Notes under the pieces: generated by a model
Database searches by the model: none
Seen by the model: the letters and a program-made list of their open reading frames with translations, nothing else
What the model was told of the DNA's origin: nothing
Part shown: one piece after another, positions 55,876 to 64,000 of the stretch
Layout: each line of letters starts with the position of its first letter
How positions within the stretch are numbered: position 1 is the first letter of the stretch
Position numbers and translations under genes: made by a program
Assembly: GCA_951406725.2 (NCBI GenBank)
Contig: OX597822.1
Location: 14,136,001-14,200,000 of the forward strand
Source of the DNA: Octopus vulgaris
Lineage: Eukaryota
DNA: 64,000 nt
Direction of reading: 5' to 3'

Positions 55876-55942
55876 TACATACATACATACATACATACAT
55901 ACGTACATACATATATACATACAAGCAAACAAACAAACAAAC

Positions 55943-57467
55943 AAAATACCCCGTTGCTGATATTGAAATTCCAGTGAAGGATCTAGGTTAGGAACCGACT
56001 CTTTTTCAATTGACAAGAAAACTTGAAATAAAACTGAATATTGACATACATACATACATTCCGTTTTTTCTATATCTAGGGACTAAACTGTGAAGTGTAT
56101 CCTCAAAACCAGAAAGGAGAAAGCAAATTCGAAGACTACAGATCCAATCCATCACTGGAACTGTAAAAATCTGTAAAACTTTCCAAAAGTTTATCATTTA
56201 AGTATATATGAGTATGTCTAGATATGCAACTATATGCATGAGAATACATACATAAAACATGCAAATCTGTACATGGATACATACATGCACATACATACAT
56301 ACATACATGAATACATGCATACATACATACATGCATACATACATGAATACATACATACATACATACATACATACATACATACATACATACATGCATACAT
56401 ACATGAATACATACATACATACATACATACATACATACATACATGCATACATACATGAATACATACATACATACATACATACATACATACATACATACAT
56501 ACATGAATACATGCATACATGCATACATACATGCATACATACATACATACATACATACATGAATACATGCATACATGCATACATACATACATACATACAT
56601 GAATACATACATACATGAATACATACATACATACATGCATACATATATACATACATACATACATACATACATACATACATGCATACATGCATACATACAT
56701 ACATACATACATGAATACATACATACATGCATACATACATACATACATACATACATACATACATACATACATGCATGCATACATACATACATACATACAT
56801 ACATACATACATACATACATACATACATACATACATACATACATACATACATACATGCATGCATAAATACATACATACATACATGAATACATACATACAT
56901 ACATACATACATACATGCATGCATACATACATACATACATACATACATACATGCATACATACATACATACATGAATACATACATACATACATACATGAAT
57001 ACATACATACATACATAAATACATACATACATACATGAATACATACATACATACATGCATGCATACATACATACGTACATACATACATACATACATACAT
57101 ACATACATGCATGCATACATACATGAATACATACATACATACATACATGCATACATACATACATACATACATACATACATACATGCATGCATACATACAT
57201 ACATACATACATACATACATGCATGCATACATACATACATACATACATACATACATACATACATACATACATACATACATGCATGCATACATACATACAT
57301 ACATACATACATACATGCATACATACATACATACATACATACATGCATGCATAAATACATACATACATACATGAATACATACATACATACATACATAAAT
57401 ACATACATACATACATGAATACATACATACATACATACATACATACATACATACATACATACATACA
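55943..57467. repeat. Dispersed repeat blocks B+A followed by ~1.2 kb degenerate (TACA)n array
   Basis: Homologous to 25868-26160 but with the block order swapped. Confidence 0.75.
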
Positions 57468-57476
57468 TTGGTATAA

Positions 57477-57542
57477 TTTGCATTGGTATAATGGGAAGAT
57501 ATGAAAATTCAGCTTCATATCTTCCCTTTATACCAATGCAAA
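57477..57542. other. Near-perfect 29-bp hairpin with 8-nt loop
   Basis: TTTGCATTGGTATAATGGGAAGATATGAA-AATTCAGC-TTCATATCTTCCCTTTATACCAATGCAAA, with 28 of 29 positions paired. Confidence 0.85.
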
Positions 57543-58323
57543 GATTCAATCTCAGTACAAGGACGCCTAAACAAGGAAAACCTTTTTCATACAAACGTAC
57601 AGACCACTCCTAAATATATAAATTTGACCATTTTAAAAATTATACTAAGGAGCCGGTTGTCCCCCCTGCCACTTGTTACTTCCCTTGGTTCACTCTCTAG
57701 ACTCATTCCTCTTATTCTTCAAACATCCAAAATGATGAAACCCCTCTGTCATGAGAACTGATTGTGTACAATGTCCCTTGAAAAGCTAATTTAAATAGCG
57801 AAAACTGGCTGGATTTCACGACATCCATATAATATGTATATATTTATAAAAAGACATTAAACTATATAAAACGACGGCATTTCTCTTCCACTTTTTATAT
57901 GTCCACATATTTTCAACTCATAATTTTCCCACATGCTGTATACTGAATTTTCAGCATCTTTACACCTTGTATATTTTTATATTTCTCATATATATATATA
58001 TATATACGATGGGCTTCTTTCAGTTTCTGTCTACCAAATCCACTCACAAGGCTTTGGTCGGCCCCAGGCTATAGTAGGAGACACTTGCCACGCAGTATGT
58101 GTGTGTATTTGTGCTTGTGCCCCTCCGCTTGAAAACAGTGTTGGCTTGTTTATGCCCACGTAGATTAGCAGTCTGCCTAAAGAGACCGAAAGAATAAGTA
58201 CCAGACTTTGAAAAAGCAAAAGTACTGGAGTCAAATTGATTGACTAAATCCTTCAAGGCACTGTCCCAGTATAACCACAGTCCAATGACTGAAACACGTG
58301 TAGGATAAAATATATTTGCTCTT

Positions 58324-58384
<61 letters not shown>

Positions 58385-58579
58385 GAAGCCTAAACATCAA
58401 GATTGTCGATAGATTGTCAAGATTTGAGGAGTTAAGCAAAAACGAGCATTCCTGAGATGTGGATTTGCAATGTAAATATTGCCTGGAGAAAGAGATAGAG
58501 AAACACTGAGTGTTTGGTAGCTCGATATAGTTTAATACGGTTGTCATGTTAATTTGAAAAATTTCAATCAGTATTTATC

Positions 58580-58900
58580 AACGTGCTGACATTTTTTAAG
58601 AATTTAAATCCAGTGTCAAGGAATTTTTCATCAACACAGAGTTTACACGCTTTTGTGCTGTTTATATTATGTGTATTTCACTTCAGGGACTGTCAAAATT
58701 GGTGCTGTTTCTTAAGGTATATCGTGGGACATGGTTGTAGCGTTCTTATTCTCAACACGTCTGTAGGATGATGTGTGTTGATGTAGGGTTATTTGAACCT
58801 GCCTTCTATCATTCCTATGTATTTTTTACACTCTGTTAATTGGTTTAGTTTTGCAGAGGTAACTTCTGTTTTGTATACAACAGATTCGGCAGGTGTTGAA
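58580..58900 (-). pseudogene. Penelope-like GIY-YIG endonuclease remnant
   Basis: Minus strand AESVVYKTEVTSAKLNQLTECKKYIGMIEGRFK* and downstream CKLCVDEKFL, matching PLE VVY...YIG and CxLCxxEK motifs. Confidence 0.6.
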
Positions 58901-59886
58901 TGCGCATGTGCTGATGCTTCAGAACTTCACACTAGCCTTGTTTAAGTATAACAAAACTTTTCACACCGAGAGTAAAACAGTTTCCAGCAATTAGGTTTCA
59001 CTGGTGGTGATGCACTGTATTCTTTTAATTGTTTCAGTCATGTGACTCCGGCCATGCTGGTTCACCGCCTTTAGTCGAACAAATCAACCCCAGGAATCAT
59101 TTTTGTAAGCCTAGTACTTATTCTATCGGTCTCTTTTGCCGAACCGCTAAGTGACGGTAACGTTTGTCAAGCGATATTGGGGAGACAAACACAGACACAC
59201 AAACATATACAAAAACTCCCCCCCTGCCACACACACACGCACACGCACACACACATATATATATATATATGTATATACATATTCGACGGGCTTTCAGGAT
59301 GTACTTGGAAAAAAAAATAACATCCCAAAATACAACAATATATGTTTCAACACACGATTTCATATTAGGCATCTTGCAAAACGAATTAATAAACATAATT
59401 ATATTGATTTATCGATACATACATAAATATACAGATAGACAAATATACGATTCTACACATTTGTAGATAGAAAAATTGACAGATAACACCAAACAGAAAT
59501 TACAAAAAACATAAATAAATATATTTATTAATATTTTCCGAGAAATATTTTGCTTCATCTCAGAGAGTTGGTAAGATAATATATCTCTCCTCCGATATAA
59601 ATATGTTAAAAACATATAAACAAGCGGCACCGCTAGATGCGTTCTCATATGTATAGCCTCTTTTTAAATAGTGTTATTAATGTTAAACAAATTGAAAGGT
59701 TTTGAGAACAGGTTAAGAATATATAAATGTACGTATAAATTGAAGGCACTCTGGTATTGTATTCTGTGCTGAAGCATGGGAGATCAATACACACCTTGGG
59801 CTTTTTTTTCATTTAATATAATTTGTTTCTTTGTATAATATCCCTTGTGTGTAGGTGTGTGCGTATATATATATATATATATATAC

Positions 59887-60068
59887 GCCATGATAGATCG
59901 TTAGCCACTACACACATTTCTCTCTCTCCTTGTTTTCTGTGTCCCTTTCTGTAGAAGAGCGTAGGCTCGAAACGTAAAGACTTTTTCTATTCCTGAGCGT
60001 TATAACAATACATCTCTTTGTTTTGTACACCACCTGTCTTCGTCTTTTGTTGTTATTTCGTAAACTCT

Positions 60069-60071
<3 letters not shown>
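59887..60071 (+). mobile_element. Short hammerhead-motif element (copy 3 of 3, best preserved motif)
   Basis: CTTT-CTGTAGA-A-GAGC-GTAG-GCTC-GAAA-C-GTA-AAG at 59945-59979, flanked by (TA)n on both sides. Confidence 0.65.
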
Positions 60072-60147
<76 letters not shown>

Positions 60148-60344
60148 TGTATATATATGTGTGTATATATATTATTTGTGGATTAATAACACACTCTTCA
60201 AATGATCCACTTAAAACTGCTGGTAATTTCCTCTATTTTGGATGAGAATACTATTTGGGATCGTGTGAAGATTATGGAAATGTTTTCCACGTGAAACTAT
60301 TGGTAACGTTTTTTTATTCACAAATAAAGAATAGAAATCCATCG

Positions 60345-60401
<57 letters not shown>

Positions 60402-60456
60402 TGTATGTGCGTATGTACGCTTGTATATAAGAAGGTGCGTGTGAATATATGTGTGT

Positions 60457-60495
<39 letters not shown>

Positions 60496-60520
60496 TGCGC
60501 GCACGTGCATGTTTGCATTT

Positions 60521-61387
60521 TTAATCCCAGTTTCTCATTTCTCTATAAAATATCTCGTGGTGAAGAGATTTGAGATCCTCGACGAGATCTTGAAGTCTGG
60601 TGCGCTTTTTAGGGTTGTCCATAGTGCAGCTGTTCACGAGGGGAACGAGACATTCCACCCGCATCAGGTCCTGAATTGCATCAAAGACATGACCCAGACT
60701 GAACACATCCGACGAAGTACTGGTTGGTTGTTTTGCTTTGACCTCGGGGGCAACATGGTAACAGCTTTCACTTTCCGAAATATCAAACGATATTCCTTTC
60801 AAGGTGCTAGCACACCCAAAATCTATAAAGCGAATTTGAAAATCGATAGTGTATCGATCTATAAGTATGTTATCAGTTTTAATATCGTTTAATAAAATGC
60901 CTTGAGCGTGTATTTTCTTTAATCCCCGAGAAAGTTGCAAACAGATACCTATACAATTTTTGCTCTTAAGCGTAACACGCAAATCACAGAGAAATTTTGA
61001 AAGGGTAACACCTTGTCCGAAATATTCTTGAACTAAGCACGGTTGTATTTCTGAATTTTCATCCTGGATCAAACCGAAACATTTCGGCACCACCCCTGTT
61101 TCTGATAAATGGCTCATAATTTTAGCTTCGGCACAAATTTCCTTCATGTCTTTGTTCTTGAAGCATTTCACTACTACCAAGCTCGGCATCCCTTTGCAGC
61201 GACCCAGGTAGACTCGGCCGTATGTGCCCTTGCCAACCAACTCTTTTTGTCCGTCGTTGCGTGATATGTAACGAAATTCCATATCAAGGATCGGTAAGGT
61301 TATATTTTCCAAATCTAAATTTCTGTAAGGATGAACGCCGGTGGCAATCTGGATCTTTTTAACAGTTTTCCAAAATTTAGAACCCAT
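60521..61387 (-). CDS. Serine/threonine-type protein kinase (complete catalytic domain in one ORF, non-RD)
   Basis: 288-aa ORF with GKGTYGRV Gly-loop, VVVK, alphaC Glu (CAEAKIM), LLNDIKTDN catalytic loop, DFG, HVAPE, SDVFSLG and KKR. AATAAA lies on the minus strand at 60313-60318, and a possible acceptor TTTCTACAG sits 4 nt before the ATG. Confidence 0.9.
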   Translation of the reverse strand: MGSKFWKTVKKIQIATGVHPYRNLDLENITLPILDMEFRYISRNDGQKELVGKGTYGRVYLGRCKGMPSLVVVKCFKNKDMKEICAEAKIMSHLSETGVVPKCFGLIQDENSEIQPCLVQEYFGQGVTLSKFLCDLRVTLKSKNCIGICLQLSRGLKKIHAQGILLNDIKTDNILIDRYTIDFQIRFIDFGCASTLKGISFDISESESCYHVAPEVKAKQPTSTSSDVFSLGHVFDAIQDLMRVECLVPLVNSCTMDNPKKRTRLQDLVEDLKSLHHEIFYREMRNWD

Positions 61388-61399
61388 TGTACTGTAGAA

Positions 61400-61461
<62 letters not shown>

Positions 61462-61469
61462 TATTGTTA

Positions 61470-61545
<76 letters not shown>
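61400..61545. repeat. (ATT)n microsatellite immediately upstream of the kinase ORF
   Basis: Direct reading. Confidence 0.95.
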
Positions 61546-61546
<1 letters not shown>

Positions 61547-61908
61547 TGTATTAGTAGTAGTTGATGCCGTGATTAACTTTGGTTTTCATCATTACGGGGT
61601 CGGTAAGATAACTACAAGTCAGGCGCTGGGATCAATGTAACCGTATTCCTCTCCCCTCTTAATATCTGGCTTTGTGCCCCAAATGGAAACAATTATTATT
61701 AATGCTGTTGTTGTTGTTGATGTTATTATTTCGGACTCAATTATTTAAATCGCAATAACAATGATGGTAATTATATCCAGATTCATTTGAAGTCTATAAA
61801 GGTTTTTTTATAGCAACAAATAAGATAGGACTGCAATTGTAACTGTCTTTGGAGAAGACATTGAAAGGGGTTCTCAACTAGGTTATATATATATATATAT
61901 ATGCATGT

Positions 61909-61949
<41 letters not shown>

Positions 61950-63375
61950 CGTGTGTGAGTTAAGGGTGCGTACACCTCGGTGTCTTTAAATGTAAGTAAC
62001 GGTAGAGCAACAGTTGTGTAACGAGTTGAAAAACTTCGGTTAACTAGCGATGTTATCCATGCAATTAGTTGAGAAAAACTCAAGAAGGTACGTTTAAAAT
62101 CTAAAAGTACCAATCAAAGGAGAAAAATAAATCGAATGATATTAATTAATTGATAATTTCTTTTGGTGGAAATTACAGAAAAATGTTCTTTGCAAAAAAA
62201 CATAAAAATGGCAGGTGTTATAAAAATGAAAAAAAAACAAACTAGAAATTAACATGAGCTCTTGACACGGAATCTAAAATAATCTGGGTTACAATTTCAT
62301 GGGGTGACTGATCCTGCAGGGAACAATAACAAATAATATCTCACCGCAGAAATAATAATTTAGTTTCTGGAATACCAAGACGAGTACAAATGTTCTCCGT
62401 GGCAGGTTTGATAATTTGTTGAGAGAGATTTCTCTCAGCATGAAACCAATGGTAGCCTTCTTATCCCACAAATGAAGAACATTTATCCACTAATACGGTG
62501 TTTAGCACTCATACTCACTGTTCGATATAAGTGCGCGCATATATGTATGTGTGTATGTATGTATGTATGTATGTATGTATGTATGTATGTATGTATGTAT
62601 GTATGTATGTATGTATGTGGGCGTGTATGTTGATAACCTATGATATAGGTATCAGTTAAGATGGTATCTTTGTTATCACATTTGTTCTTTGCTATCGTGT
62701 TCTTCGTTATTTGTCCGGGCAAAAAAAAAAAAGAAAAGAAAAAGGAAATCAACGGGTGGGTCTCTGTTACTCGATCTGCCAGAAATAGCAGTCAAAGTTT
62801 CTCTATGAAATTACATCCGACATTATTTTTGAAAAGCTCAATTCGAATAACGTAGCCATTAGTACACACCGTCTGAATAATCAAAGACAGGTCTATCAAG
62901 AGTAGGGTACGTATGGCAGGCAGTTTGCTCGATCAAGGATTATAAGGTGCTGAATAAGGACAACGGCAACAATAACAACGTTCGGCTGGTTAGACTGTAT
63001 TTATGGCAAAGTCTGTTGTTTAGTTTTCAACATGCCACGTTCGTTCTGGTACTTTGTTCTTCCATGTTTGACTTCACTTTGAGTTCCCACCTGAATGAAG
63101 AAAAAATTGATTTCTATTAAATATGATTACGAAGCACACACACAAGAAATTCCATTGAAGCAAAATCAGGATGGACCAATTGGAGGAAGTTCAGTTAACT
63201 TGTTTATTCTAAACGATTCTAAATGTTTCCTATCATTCGATGTGGTTGGGCGAGTCTGGATTTTATCAGGGTGCTTGTAAGATTTCTGCCTGGATTTAGA
63301 ATCCCTATTCCTTTGCATTACATACATGCATACATATATATGTGTGTGTGTGTGTATACATATATACATAGTACC

Positions 63376-63425
<50 letters not shown>

Positions 63426-63427
<2 letters not shown>

Positions 63428-63821
63428 TCTTTTACTCTTTTACTTGTTTCAGTCATTTGACTGCGGCCATGCTGGAGCACCGCCTTTAGTCGAGCAAATC
63501 GACCCCAAGACTTATTCTTTGTAAGCCCAGTACTTATTCTATCGGTCTCTTTTACCGAACCGCTAAGTGACGGGGACGTAAACACACCAGCGCCGGTTGT
63601 CAAACAATGCTAGGGGGATAAACACAGACACACAAACACACACATATATATACATATATACGACGGGCTTCTTTCAGTTTCCGTCTACCAAATCCACTCA
63701 CAAGGCTTTGGTCGGCCTGAGGCTATAGTAGAAGACACTTGCCCAAGATGCCACGCAGTGGGACTGAACCCGGAACCATGTGGTTGGTAAGCAAGCTACA
63801 TACCACACAGCCACTCCTGCG

Positions 63822-63824
<3 letters not shown>
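63426..63824 (-). mobile_element. Young full-length bipartite tRNA-derived SINE
   Basis: Minus strand starts AGGCGCAGGAGTGGCTGTGTGG...GGGTTCAGTCCC, has CpGs intact, and is inserted in (TA)n. Confidence 0.9.
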
Positions 63825-63857
<33 letters not shown>

Positions 63858-64000
63858 TTAATTTAATATATAAATAACCTATAAATTTTTCAATTCATGC
63901 TGACTACCTGATAAAAATCATTAACGTGATTTTATCCTTCTATTCCATTATATATATACATACACACAGTGTTTCTCGTGTGTACAAATAGATGCAAGAC

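Overview
Repeat-dense, AT-rich animal genomic DNA. The SINE families and extreme (TA)n/(CA)n/(TACA)n load are most consistent with an octopus/coleoid cephalopod (inference). Almost all ORFs in the track are microsatellite or SINE artefacts. The only convincing intact coding sequence is a complete Ser/Thr-type protein kinase domain at 60521-61387 (-). Decayed retroelement coding remnants are present: a Penelope-like element (PLE) with RT and GIY-YIG at ~4.1-5.7 kb, further GIY-YIG remnants, and CR1-like and RTE-like LINE pieces. There are several non-autonomous Helitrons with clear TC...CTAG ends, several MITEs and many tRNA-derived SINEs. The most striking structure is a 513-bp perfect palindrome (43190-43702, 256-bp arms, 1-nt spacer) whose arms each encode a type I hammerhead-ribozyme motif, one per strand. 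Other minimal or variant hammerhead motifs are scattered through the window, including a 3-copy short element with a CUGUAGA core. CpG depletion left of ~20.5 kb, plus a splice-bounded segment, suggests the left third is the methylated body of a minus-strand host gene. All alignments and folds were done by eye.
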